Assembly (NCBI RefSeq): GCF_021869535.1
Contig: NW_026262668.1
Location: 24,428,001 to 24,492,000, forward strand
Direction: 5' to 3'
Length of the DNA stretch: 64,000 nucleotides
Origin: Mytilus californianus
Lineage: Eukaryota
Notes under the pieces: generated by a model
Databases searched by the model: none
What the model was told of the DNA's origin: nothing
Seen by the model: only the letters and a program-made list of their open reading frames with translations
Shown here: in pieces, positions 1 through 11,243 of the stretch
Layout: each line of letters begins with the position of its first letter
Position numbering within the stretch: position 1 is the stretch's first letter
Made by a program: the position numbers and the translations under genes

Positions 1-236
1 TTGATACTCCAGGAATTTATTCGCAAAGCAACATTTTAAATCAATGTTACATCAAGTTCCTTTTTAAGCAAATTTGTCCGATATTGGTTATTATCTTGAA
101 AAATATTACAGATAAGTGATTCAGGCTCTTGGAAGCCTCTTGTTTAATGGGTTATTTTTTTTAATTCTTGAATGATTTCTACCTGTCTTACTTTATTTCG
201 GTCAATTTGTATTGTAAAAACTCATGCTCAGAATCA

Positions 237-242
237 TGACGT
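237..242 (+). promoter_or_regulatory. CRE/ATF-like TGACGT in the upstream block of C1qDC copy 1
   Basis: TGACGT sits in a block homologous to the upstream regions of copies 3 and 4 (TGACGTAA at 21676-21683 and 33129-33136). Function is inferred only. Confidence 0.25.
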
Positions 243-290
243 TGAAGTGGTTTTACCTTGACTACTCATAGTTGTTACGTGCACATGACA

Positions 291-510
291 GAGGGTCTTG
301 ATTTGGAGGGGGGTTCATGTTATTTTATTAGATAATTTTTCTCTATTCTTTTTTTCATTTTGACCATTATTTTCTATTCTTTAAAGTTTAGCACCCAATT
401 ATTCTCTATTCTTTATTTTTCATTCTATTTTCTCTATTCTTTTTTTTTTGCAATTTATTCTGCACTTTTTGCCCATTATCCTGTATGCCGTAAACCCCAT
501 CCAGACCCTC
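291..510. mobile_element. 220-bp MITE in the 5' leader region of C1qDC copy 1
   Basis: Imperfect TIRs GAGGGTCTTGAT / ATCCAGACCCTC, a 6-bp TSD-like ATGACA/ATGCCA, and internal TTCTCTATTC subrepeats. The empty site is visible in copy 2 (gtgcacataaccgattg, ~12287-12303). Confidence 0.7.
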
Positions 511-599
511 ATGCCAGATTATTGTTTGACGTAGACGACAGGTTTTGTTTAATTCATTCTGTACCCTTCATTTTGTTACATGCTTTTCAGATCAACAGT

Positions 600-783
600 A
601 TGAGGACTATTATTATTGGAGTTGTGCTTCTCTTGAAAGCTGTATGGTCGATGAAAACGTTAGATGGAAAACTACCAACACTAAACGGAAATGGATTACC
701 GTTAAATATTGATATAGATGTTTCTGAGTTTAACACAAGATTTGCCGACATTGTTAACAACGCCATACCCGAAGAAATATCAA
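600..783 (+). CDS. C1qDC copy 1 exon 1 (signal peptide, MRTIIIGVVLLLKAVWS...)
   Basis: ATG at 600, hydrophobic N-terminus, 184 nt ending at a phase-1 GTAATT donor; homologous in all four units. Confidence 0.85.
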
Positions 784-810
784 GTAATTCAAGAATTGTG
801 TATACTTATT

Positions 811-908
811 TTGAGGATTCTAAACATACTGATTGATATTTTAGTCTAAAATACATCATTGAGGATTCTAAACATACTGATTGCTATGTTAGTCTAAGAT
901 ACATCATT
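811..908. repeat. 48-bp tandem duplication in intron 1
   Basis: GAGGATTCTAAACATACTGATTG... occurs at 813 and 861. Confidence 0.8.
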
Positions 909-944
909 TCTTTATTAGTAGTTATTTGCTTTGTTATTCTGCTG

Positions 945-1110
945 TTCTGTTACACCACTGTCCCAAGTTTGGGGAGGGTTGGGCGCCAGTAATTATGTTT
1001 AACCCCGCAACATTTGCTAGGCGCGTGTACCAAGTCAGGAGTCTGTAAATGTTCTCGTTTGAATTGTTTTACATTTGTTATTTCGGGGTCTTTTATATTT
1101 TGCGTATGCA
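945..1110 (+). mobile_element. Degenerate short retroelement (subfamily D) with a decayed twister-like core
   Basis: GGGGAGGGTTGGGCGCC...TTTAACCCCGC...TACCAAGTCAGG core shared with many copies in the window. Confidence 0.65.
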
Positions 1111-1513
1111 GTATGAATTTTTATGCATGAATGTACTTAGGTGAAATTAAAAAAAATCTAGAATTTAAAATTGATACTATAAGTCGGAAGAGCATTAGTT
1201 AAGGAACAAAATAAGCTAAAAATATTGATAGGTTATGGAGCTCCTTTTCGAGATATTTATTTTATTTCTAAATGGCGGGAAATGGCTGACTCGGACTTTT
1301 ACCTTATATTTGCATTGGTATTATTTGGGTCTCAAATCGAAAGAAAAGAAATCTAGAATCTGCTTAAATTTTGGTAAACGACCTTTTATGAGCTATTGAA
1401 GTCTTGTATGAAAAGAAAAATGGGTGTTATGGGACAAAATATTTTACCCTGTATTGTCGGAAAAAAAAACCAAGGAGTCCGAACATCTGACACAGATTCC
1501 TAAACCTGACCTA

Positions 1514-3375
1514 AGGGACCGTTCAATATTTATCAGAGGGATGGGCCGGTGCATTCTTAATATTGTTTAATTTAAAATGTTGATGCCCATCCTTTTAAAT
1601 TCTACAAAAAAGTGCTTGCCCATCTCAAAAATTGTATAAAAAAGAGCTTGCCCCTCTAAAACTTAAAGACAATCAATAATGATTTAGGTTCTTTTTCAAT
1701 TCTAATGTTTGCATGTAACTTTATTTCTGGAAATCAAAGAATAGACTTTGGTGTAACACAAAATACAAAATGTGCTTGTTAATTCCATATATTGTTGTTT
1801 AAATCCAGTATGAATATACATGTATAGATTTGATTTTATCTGAAGTGCAGCCTGATACAATATACATATAAACATCACAATTACATCTCAATACATAAGT
1901 AATAGTATACTATATCAGCAAGCCTTTAATAAAGGCTTAAGAAGTGCTAACAATATTCATACAAGTCATAAACATATGAAGAAATATGAACCATACTATT
2001 AAATGTGCTAAGTTTATATTTATTGTGAAATCTGGGGTCTTTTTCAATTTGAAACAGTTTAGTGTATCTCTTTTTAAGTCTTTGTTCTATTAAATAATTG
2101 CATAAGTTGTAGTTTTTAATGTTAAAAGCAGAATTATCATTTAAAAGTAGCAATGTCTGTAATATATCATACCTTGTATAGTCATATATATTTGGAAAAC
2201 ATTAATAAGCAGGAGTTGTTTCCCCTTTTCAAGAGCAACAATGATTGATTCACATCTACATCATTAAAATCTGTATATTTGTTATTAATAGTGCTAGGTT
2301 TAGTCTGCAAATATTGTTTCATCTATCAATATCAAATTGAATTCAGAACATAGTTTAGACAAGACTAAAACATGTGAAACTCATCAATGATCTTTTCTTA
2401 AAATGACAGTAAATTATATTGCTAATTAATAAATTATCTCCCCTTTCTAACAGTTTTGTATTGAATTCAGATCCCTTTTTACATTTTTACTCAAGGGAGG
2501 TATACATAATCTGCATATCTTTTAATTGCATCACAAAAACTCATTTAATAAAACCTTTCGGGTTTCCTTTAATACAGATACCATAATTATATCCTGCTTG
2601 GTTCTTCAAATATAATAGAAATACTTGTTCACTGTAAGACTGGTGTTTGGAATATTTTTGGAACAAAATATTGCTAAATAAATTCATCCTATATCTGTCT
2701 TTAAGATAAATATAGAATATGTTCCATGCTATAACATTATCTATCATTGAAACATGTAATAAAGGACAGCTTATAGTATTATTTAAAGTAGAACAAATAA
2801 TTTACATTTTTTTAGATACATGTGCTCTTGAAGTTATACTGTCATTTTGAAATTAGTGAATATAAGTCAGTACGCAAATCTATTTCTGTAGTAATTTTAT
2901 ATTTTTAAGCATTGATCAGAAGTTATATACTGAATATATCAAACAAGTATAATTTTACAATCTTTAATACATAGGAGATAACTCAATTCATGTGAAAATT
3001 GTTGGTTGATCAAAGTTTTAAAATGTTGTGTTTTCATGTTACATGATTAAATAAGGTGCCATTAAATTATTTCTAAAATGTTGTGTTTTCATGTAACATG
3101 ATTTAATTGTTTCTAAAATGTTGTGTAATCATGTTACATGATTTAATACTTTACAATCATTACTTTTGTTTTCATCGTGTTTGTGTGCCTGCAAAAGAAA
3201 TTTCCTACACACCGACAAAATTTATAGCAATTTTTTTCCCTGTTAAATAAGTTCTGGCCCATGCACTATACATATTAAAAAAAGATCTCGCCCATCCAAA
3301 TATTTACACAAAAAAGTGCTTGCCCCGCCCCATTTTGTACCGGCCCATCCATCTGATAAATAATGAACGGTCCCT
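1514..3375. mobile_element. 1.86-kb non-autonomous TIR DNA transposon, TA-flanked
   Basis: 37-bp TIRs AGGGACCGTTCA(A/T)TATTTATCAGA(G/T)GGATGGGCCGGT (35/37 match) with TA on both sides (1512-1513, 3376-3377). No transposase ORF. Absent from the paralogous introns. Confidence 0.85.
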
Positions 3376-3677
3376 TAGTACATCCTTAAAAACAAATCCG
3401 AGAAAAGTAAGGCTTTGACCATTGAAACATCCTCTCCTAAGGATCCGCAGCTGCTTTGAATTTCTGTCTCGTCTTCCCAACTTTTCAGGATAAAGGGAAC
3501 CGATGACCAAATTTGCATTTTAATGGAACAAAAGCAGTTTTTGTTTTGCATTTATGAATTTTAAAATGGTGCAAATAACAAAACGTGTGTACTTCCCCTT
3601 AAGTAGTAATCCACGAATCTCACATCCCTTTAATACAATATATCACCAGGTTAAACTTAGTTAGAAATGTTTTTCAG

Positions 3678-3776
3678 AGAAACTTTCAGCTTACTTGAAA
3701 AGTGATAGATTTAAAGAAGTCGTAAGTAATGAAACCAAAGAAGACATTAAAGCAATAGCACAGCAAGCTTTGAATG
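3678..3776 (+). CDS. C1qDC copy 1 exon 2 (coiled coil, EKLSAYLKSDRFKEVVSNETKEDIKAIAQQALN)
   Basis: ttttcag acceptor, gtaag donor, 99 nt, phase 1-1, open frame, conserved in four copies. Confidence 0.85.
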
Positions 3777-3904
3777 GTAAGGTATCTTATGTGATAATCA
3801 ATTGTTTACCAAACGTACCACAAGATAACCTTTAGTATGACTTGTTAATTTTTCACACTTTTTCAATTCTTGAAATGTGCTATCTGACATTTTTTGGGAG
3901 CCGA

Positions 3905-4250
3905 GACATAACGGTTATTTGTATTGTGGTCCTGTCATGTGATGTTGTCGTTTTGGTGTTGTGTTTGACGTTGCCATTAAAGCGGGAGGTTAGGCATGCC
4001 ACAAAACCAGGTTCAACCCACCATTTTTTTCTTAAAATGTCCTGTACCAAGTCAGGAAAATGGCCATTGTTATATTATAGTTCGTTTCTGTGTGTCTTAC
4101 ATTTTTAATGTTGTGTTTTTGTTGTGTCGTTGTTCTCCTCTTATATTTGATGCGTTTCCCTCAGTTTTAGTTTGTAACCCGGATTTGTTTTTATCTCTAT
4201 CGATTTATGAGTTTCGAACAGCGGTATACTACTGTTGCCTTTATTTATAA
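3905..4250 (+). mobile_element. Short retroelement subfamily A (3' end ...CAGCGGTATACTACTGTTGCCTTTATTT) carrying a twister-like core
   Basis: Near-identical 3' part occurs inverted at 29045-29208 and a related copy at 62320-62586; absent from the paralogous intron 2. Confidence 0.75.
3973..4064 (+). ncRNA. Putative type-P5 twister ribozyme (subfamily A)
   Basis: P5 GCCAUU/AAUGGC, L1 GA-GGU, C|AA site at 4014/4015, T2 AC/GU, P3 CAUUUU/AAAAUG, P4 CCUG/CAGG, L4 UACCAAGU, T1 ACC/GGU. P2 is weak. Confidence 0.7.
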
Positions 4251-5139
4251 CATTTTACGACTCATTATGCAAATGTTTGCACAACCCGCACGAGCTACAG
4301 AAATGAAAGATTTTGTTTAACTATCCCCTTGCATATATTTTTTGTAACGACGGCAATGTCAAGGTTCTTTTTTGCTTTTCAGTCTTTCTCATTACCATTT
4401 TCCTTTTATAATATATGTAAACGTAAGCGTGTAATAAACAGATAATATATTATATGGCTTTTTCATATAACATCCGTATCAACCTGCAATATAATCATAA
4501 GAGCTCTGCTCGATGGATTATATTAGTTGACGGTTGATACGTTGTGTGATATTGCATATAATATGCACTTTATTATAAATCTTAAGTAGATGTTTTTCGT
4601 ATAAGTCGTGCCATGCCGTAATACAGATTAGGGGTTTGATAAAGCCTTTGCAACCTTGACTGATATCGATATCATCTCAGATGGCTGATGCAGCACTATT
4701 GCCATTGACTGTATTGCACATTCATTTTACTTGTATTTACTTCTCAATATATAATAACATATCATATTGCAGTAGTGCAGTTTTAGCTTCAAATTAGTGA
4801 CGTCATCAGTGATAAAAAATATTTTAAACAGTGTTCCAGCTTTGCTATATACAATAAAGGGTTCTTGCATGAATTTTTGTGAATATTATTCATCGTAGAC
4901 TTTATATTACACTCGCAAGTTAGTGAGATATTAAAATTAACTAAATTCAGTCTTAAATTGTAATATTTGTATGACGACGAAGATTTTCAACATTTTGAAT
5001 GAGAAGATAATAAATTATTAGTCTATGTTTAATTTTCTCTAGTCACATTTAAAGTCCCGTATGTGAGAATGGCAATATTAACGGTCCTGTACTCCTTTTT
5101 TTTTCATTTTTACATTTTCTTTTTTCTCTCTATTTAAAG

Positions 5140-5214
5140 ATATATTTAAGCCTTATGCTTACAGTTGGGAATTTAAACAAGATCTGAAGAGAATGTCGGC
5201 TTTTATTACCAAAG
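5140..5214 (+). CDS. C1qDC copy 1 exon 3 (DIFKPYAYSWEFKQDLKRMSAFITK)
   Basis: Polypyrimidine tract + AAAG acceptor, GT donor, 75 nt, phase 1-1, conserved in four copies. Confidence 0.8.
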
Positions 5215-5289
5215 GTGAACTTACTTAAAGATTTCTGTTTTTCTTTCTTGTTGATTAAAGAAAAATACAAAAAAAATAATATTTATGTA

Positions 5290-6100
5290 ATAAACATCGA
5301 TCGCAGTAGAAATATGGGATTAATAGATCACAATAACAATATTCATTTAATAGATTCCAACAGCTATATGCTATGAATGGAATACGATTACCATATACAA
5401 TGAATAGGTCACAATAACCAATTACAATCACAATTACTAAGTACAATGAATAATTTTGATCACAATAGCAATATGAAATAAATGCATCGAAAAAAATATA
5501 CAATAAATGGATCACAATAGTCATATACAATTAATGGATCACAATAGCCATATACAATGAATGGATCACTAAAGCCATATGCAATTAATTATGGATCACA
5601 ATAGCCGTATACAATAAATAGACCACAAAAGCCATATACAAAAAGTGCATCAAAATAGCCAAGATAAACTATGTACAATGAATGAATCACTATAACCATA
5701 TCCAATCAACTGATCACAATAACCAATTACAAAGAAAGGTTCACAATTACTATGTTCAATGAATAATTTTGATCACAATAGCAATATGAAATAAATGCAT
5801 TGAAAAAAATATACAATAAATGGATCACAATAGTCATATACAATTAAGGGATCACAATAGCCATATACAATGAATGGATCACTAAAGCCATATGCAATTA
5901 ATTATGGATCACAATAGCCATATACAATAAATAGACCACATAAGCCATATACAAAAAGTGCATCAAAATAGCCAAGATAAGCCATATGCAATAAATGAAT
6001 CGTAATCGTCACATACAATAAATGGATCACAATAGCCAGGTACAATAAATGAAACACAATAGCCATATGCAATAAATGGATCACAATCAAAATATACAAA
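5290..6100. repeat. 27-bp minisatellite (ATACAATAAATGGATCACAATAGCCAT) in intron 3, with a ~313-bp higher-order duplication
   Basis: Unit period 27 (5501, 5528, 5555); the block starting at 5448 recurs at 5761. Confidence 0.9.
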
Positions 6101-6276
6101 TGCAGCATTAAATGTAAAGGATATATGCGATTATGATATAGACATTTGTCTTTTGTAGAAAACAATATCATTGACCCTATGTGTATTGTGTATTCGTTGA
6201 ATGAATCACTGTATCATTGACGTATATACTTTACAATCTTTTAATTGAATTCATTTGTATTACTTTTTTTATATAG

Positions 6277-6683
6277 AATCTTAATTACGACCAGCATTTT
6301 TCGTCTCTATTATGGCGAACTCTTATACACTGACTGGTATAGATGATGTGGTAAAGTTTGATGATATCAAGGTAAACATAGGTGGTGGATATGACAAGTC
6401 AACTGGTGTCTTCACTGCAGGAAGAAAAGGACTATATCAAATATCTTGTACCATTCTTGGAGATAATGGACATGTTGTACACTACATGCTAGCTAAAAAC
6501 GATGCAGAATATATTAAGGGATATTCAACAAGAGGAACGCATACATCGAGCACTATAAATGCAGTTATTACAATGCATAAAGGCGACCGTGTTTATATCA
6601 AACACCGAGCTGTTCACACGTCGCAGAACATTAACGGTTTAAATCATTCATCTTTTTCTGGTCATTTTCTGCAGGACTTATAA
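6277..6683 (+). CDS. C1qDC copy 1 exon 4, gC1q domain (interrupted upstream by TAA at 6282)
   Basis: gC1q motifs AFFVS, VKFDD.KVNIGGGYD.STGVFTA, GLYQIS, KGDRV, FSGH; ORF 6312-6683. Confidence 0.9.
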
Positions 6684-7599
6684 TCTAACTTTCCATCGAC
6701 ATCATTTTCATCGTATGTTTATGTAGACTTTGGCGGTATGGTTATAAATCAAAGGGCACATGTATTTTATTAAACCTCTTAAAATGAAGATAGGGACAAC
6801 GAATGTAAGCCTTTTTTAAATGATAAAAGTAAAAGAATGTCTCATTACTTGGTCAAAATTTTACTATATTTTATTACAAATAAGACATAATGAGTGAAAC
6901 TTTTATTCCGCCTGCAACATTTAATATAAAGTTGTATTGTTTCCAGCTTTTAAGACAATAACATAAATTCATAAAGCTAACAAGTTTAGAGGTTGATCTT
7001 AAATGTTTTTATGTGTCAACTTGTGTTTTTTTTTTTGAATTATCTATTATACCGTTATTAGAGAGTAAAATTGCTTCGTCTGTACTGATTTTTGTTGTAT
7101 GTTGTGTTGTTGGCCAACTGATCGAGATTAAACACAGGTAACGTTTAAAATTAAAAAAAAATGAATTAACCTCACTGCATATGCATGTGCCTGCCCCAAG
7201 TCAGGAACATCGTCAGTTGTTATTTGATGTCGTATTTTATTTTTTAATTGGAGAAATTTGTGTTAAAGGTATTTCTGTTATTTGAATAACAACTTTCATA
7301 TCCCTGGAATATTTAATGCTAAACAAATTGTAAAGACATCTGTCTTATGTTGAAGACTGTTTGTTGCCGTCTATTTTTTTATCCGTTGGGGGGATGTCCC
7401 ATTGACGCTAAAACCTTATCCTTTTATTCACCTTTACAAATACCTGAACATGTTTAGCATGTTGACAAAACAAATATATATATATAGATCTATCTGTAGA
7501 ATTTCGTATATTTTTCAAGACACTCTGAATTGTTAGTTCTGTCTTTTCCTCTATATTTCAATGTTTCTTTTAACTTCCTGCTACAAAATTTAGGTTGCT

Positions 7600-8470
7600 G
7601 TTTTTTCAATTTAATCACACTCAAAATCTAAGATAGATTTAATCTACCAAATTATATCTCTCTTATTCGACCTCATGCTATGGAAGTATTATATTTACTG
7701 CTTCCATGCTCATACAAAGGTTTGACTTTTTCGCCTCTTACAAAAGAATCCCTCATTCTTAAGTTGATGACAGATCGGACTTATTATCATCCTTTATTTG
7801 GATATTTTACTATGATTCATAAAAAAGAATAAACAACGTATACATAAAATATCTTGTATTAGGAAGGAACTTCGTTGAAAAAAAAACCAAAACGCTCCGA
7901 TTTTTACAAATCAAAATCTGAAACTTGCATCTTTAAATGCATTTTTTAATGACATATTTTATTGCGTCCCGGCATTCTTATGGTAACAAAGAGTTCCTAT
8001 TTTGAGCGACTTGTTTCTTTAATCGCAAGAGACAGTCTTTATAAGAAAAGATTAGAATTAACTATTAACTTTGAATTTCTCTTGTCGATGATTTTCTGTT
8101 ACTGCATAGTTCAAAGTCTGATAACTATTTAATTGTCTATACATCCTGTTGAACTTTAAATAAAAGTTTACCACAAATGAAGCTACCTTCACCATTAGAC
8201 TTGGTTGATCTTTATGGAATACATGATATTATTCACGAGTGACATAAGATACATTCCATTTGTTGTAAAGCAACATCCAATCTGAGTTTTGTTCTAAGCT
8301 TTCGACGGGTTCCACAAGTGGAGCATTAATAACTAACTCATCCGTGGTACACGAGTTAGTCGGTGTTTTAGGGGGTTCTTGCTGTTCAATCGTTAATCTT
8401 CTGTACTTTGTTGAGTGGTCCGTTGTTTTATCTCTTGTCTCGTTTTTTGTCTTTACGGTAAGTGTCGTTT
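7600..8470 (+). mobile_element. Highly decayed Penelope-like RT fossil (paralogs at 16680-17460 and 27830-29030)
   Basis: Frameshifted remnants of FDFSTLYT.IPH, YLVL, GIPMGTNCAP.LADLFL, YP.EL..K.TT, plus the family 3' tail. Confidence 0.6.
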
Positions 8471-10889
8471 GTTAAAATGATTTTTCTAAACTTTTAGGTA
8501 TAAGCTTATTGTTTTAGATAAGAAATTCAACGGAGGCATTAATGTTATTTGTTGTAATTGCAACATAATTTCTTAATAATTTTCATTATTTTATATATTT
8601 CTACTTTTACATTCTTGATTTTGACAACCTACATAGAGATAATATTGTCTTCGTGTAGATAACATATATGAAGTTTGATGGTGACTTTTCCGTTTCAACA
8701 AAAGTTTTTGGGTGGATCTCAGCTTGAAATTTTACCCTGAATATGATAATCCGTAGTATGTATCACCTAAGATATATAGAGATTGCAAAATTAATACAGA
8801 TAGACAAGTGAATGCAAAATTTTATATTTATATATTAAATAAGATTTAAAGTTATGCATACTAGTACTATTTTCTATCTGTATGAATTTGGGAAAGTTGA
8901 CATAGGACGCTTTCGATTATTCTGTTTTCATATAGGGCCCTTGAATTTGTTCAAAAACCTTTAGTTTTCATTGTTCTCTCTTCAAAAAACAAGGATCCGA
9001 CATACTGAAATCAATATCATATATCATAATGCATTGACATGGCATTATCGATGAGGGCGCAAGACATTTGGCCTAATCATAACCTAGACCATGGAATCAT
9101 TTAGGCTTAAACGTTTAGAGTCAAGTTAACATTTCGACTAATTTTATTTTTTTTACCTGTAATGGTGTATTACGGATAAAAAGTATCGATATAAATACTA
9201 GTATTTGATATAAGATATGTATTAAAATACGGTCATTTGAAAAGCATGCTAGTTTGAAAAGAAAAGAACTTGAAATGTTAGACCAGTTAATGGAAATGAG
9301 TTTAAAGTTGAGATCAAGCAGTATCCTAAGATTACAGTTTTGAAGGCTGTTAGCTTTAAATTCAGAGAGCAATCAATTTTTGAGAACGATAAACTGAATG
9401 TACTTTTATATCTGTATACCGAACTTATATTAATATTTATATACACTCCCGGCACTCCGGCTGATTTTCCTTTATAAAGGTTATGCAATCGCGTTTATAA
9501 TATTTTGCATTTTTGTCAGTGGTCACATTGATAAAAAGTAAATTAACAAAAATACCGAATTCCAAGGAAAAGTCCTCCTTTAAATGCACGCATTAGTTTT
9601 CGAATTTACAGTTGTTTTAAGTTTTCTGCATATAGTTTTGAGACCAGTGTTTGTCTTTTCGTCGGTTTTTATCTTCGGCTTATTAATTTTGATGGTCCCT
9701 TGTGTATGTGCCGCCTCATTTTGTTTTGTCAAATGAGCCCTAATACGGATTAATCAGCATACACAATGCTGATAGGATTTCCCTGTTGGTATTATAAATA
9801 ATGAAGCCAATTGGATAATACAGCAAACGTCACATCCGGTTGCAAAATGTAATACACCTGGCAAAAATTTGAACTATTTTGATGCATACGATATATGTGA
9901 CTTTAAAGGACATGAAAAAGTCGAAGTGATATTCCGTATATTGTGAAAATTTCTAAGTTCTTTGCACAGATGGCAAGAATAATAAGAATGATTAAAAGTC
10001 AGATTTATTCTTCCCATGAAAGAAGACAGTCGGACAGTAACAAAGCGACAATTAGGATCCATAAGTCGAAAATAAATCGACAAAAAGACAATAACAGTCA
10101 AAACACCGCATAGAAAACAACAAATAGAACAACACGGACTTCCATTTACTTTATAAAATAAATTAGATTCAGTTCTTTGACGGATAATCAGAAATCGTAG
10201 CAATATTGACCAAAGAAAAGTAACGTGACAGAGGAAAGTGATATACCAACTGCATGATTATTTGTCCAGAACAGTTTTATTTCAGTATGATTCTGATAAA
10301 GTTATTTTTATTGTACGAGATATTATAATATTATTTATTTACAACTTAGGTTTATTTACGCGTTTCAAGTCTTATCACAAATGTAGTGCCTAGTATATAT
10401 AATATATTTCGTTCTCATTTGTTCCCATTAATTTTTCCAATTCTAGTTTTCATGTTTAATGAATACAAAGAAAAATGAGGTAATTTTTACGTCATTTGGT
10501 CTTTTGTGGAAAGTTGTCTCATTGTCAATAACACCACATATTCTACTATTAATTTAAGACTGCCCTTTAAAAAATTGTGTCACTGAATTGTAATTTAAAG
10601 AAGTGATTTGGTCTAGAGGGAAGAATTCATAGAGAACTTAAGACCTTGTTCAAATACAATTGTTTATATATTAACACAGAGTGTATATTATATATACTAG
10701 GTACTACATTTGTGATAAGATTTGAATCGCGTAAATAAACCTTAAGTTGAAAATAAATTATATGATACTATCTCGAACAATAACAATAACTTTATCGGAA
10801 TCATACTGAAATAAATCTTTTCTTGACAAATAATCATGCAGTTGACTATAAGTTTAAAAAATTGAAAAAAACACGTTTTATAATTTCAT

Positions 10890-10931
10890 GCGTCCGAAGC
10901 GCTTTTCTGGATTTACCTTCATCATGAACGC
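10890..10931 (-). ncRNA. Minimal type I hammerhead ribozyme, core mutated (C3>A)
   Basis: GCGUUC-AUGAUGA-AGGUAAAUCCA-GAAA-AGCGCUUC|GGACGC; stem I 6 bp, palindromic stem III AAGCGCUU. Confidence 0.8.
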
Positions 10932-11243
10932 TCAAAGCCAAACATTTGAAATCCGAGGGATGTATAAGTATCGAAACAGTTGAAGAGCTATATGACAAAA
11001 ATACCTAAAACAAATAGCCAAATCCATCTAAGGTCAACTTTGCCTGAGGGAGTTGAAACCTTAGTTTCTTTATAATTTCAAAATTTATAAACGGGCAATT
11101 TTAGAAAAGTTTGTTATAAATCATGTCAGTACCGAAGTACTGACTACTGAGCTGATGATACCCTCGGGGACTGATAGTCCACCAGCAGAGGTATCGACCC
11201 AGTGATGTAATAAATTGAAAAAAAACACGTTTAATAATTTCAT

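Larger units (their letters stand above)
600..6683 (+). pseudogene. C1qDC copy 1 (signal peptide + coiled coil + gC1q), with a premature stop before gC1q
   Basis: Exons 600-783, 3678-3776, 5140-5214 and 6277-6683 have canonical AG/GT. An in-frame TAA at 6282-6284 replaces GAA of the paralogs. It could be rescued by a cryptic acceptor at 6294. Confidence 0.7.

Noticed and set aside
360-599. N-terminal extension of the 158-aa ORF (and of 21697-22062)
   Set aside because: It starts at a non-ATG codon in MITE or leader sequence. The conserved ATG is at 600 (21799), and the ORF tails read through the splice donor.
3842-4250. Hydrophobic or Cys-rich short ORFs here and at 20547-20823, 27105-27532, 31224-31547, 51890-52355 and 60541-61036
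   Set aside because: All lie within non-coding retroelement tails repeated across the window.
5290-6100. CRISPR-like appearance of the 27-bp and 28-bp (49919-50002) repeats
   Set aside because: Head-to-tail units without unique spacers, in eukaryotic context, with no cas genes.
5255-6171. Minus-strand ORFs with repeated MAIVIHLLY / YGYCD (also 25417-25804 and 37253-37546)
   Set aside because: They are translations of the 27-bp intronic minisatellite (9-codon period), not genes.
11152-11200. Plus-strand CTGATGA followed by a stem, suggesting an antisense hammerhead
   Set aside because: No GAAA after the stem and no stem III with an NUH triplet; it is the complement of the retrozyme's structured core.
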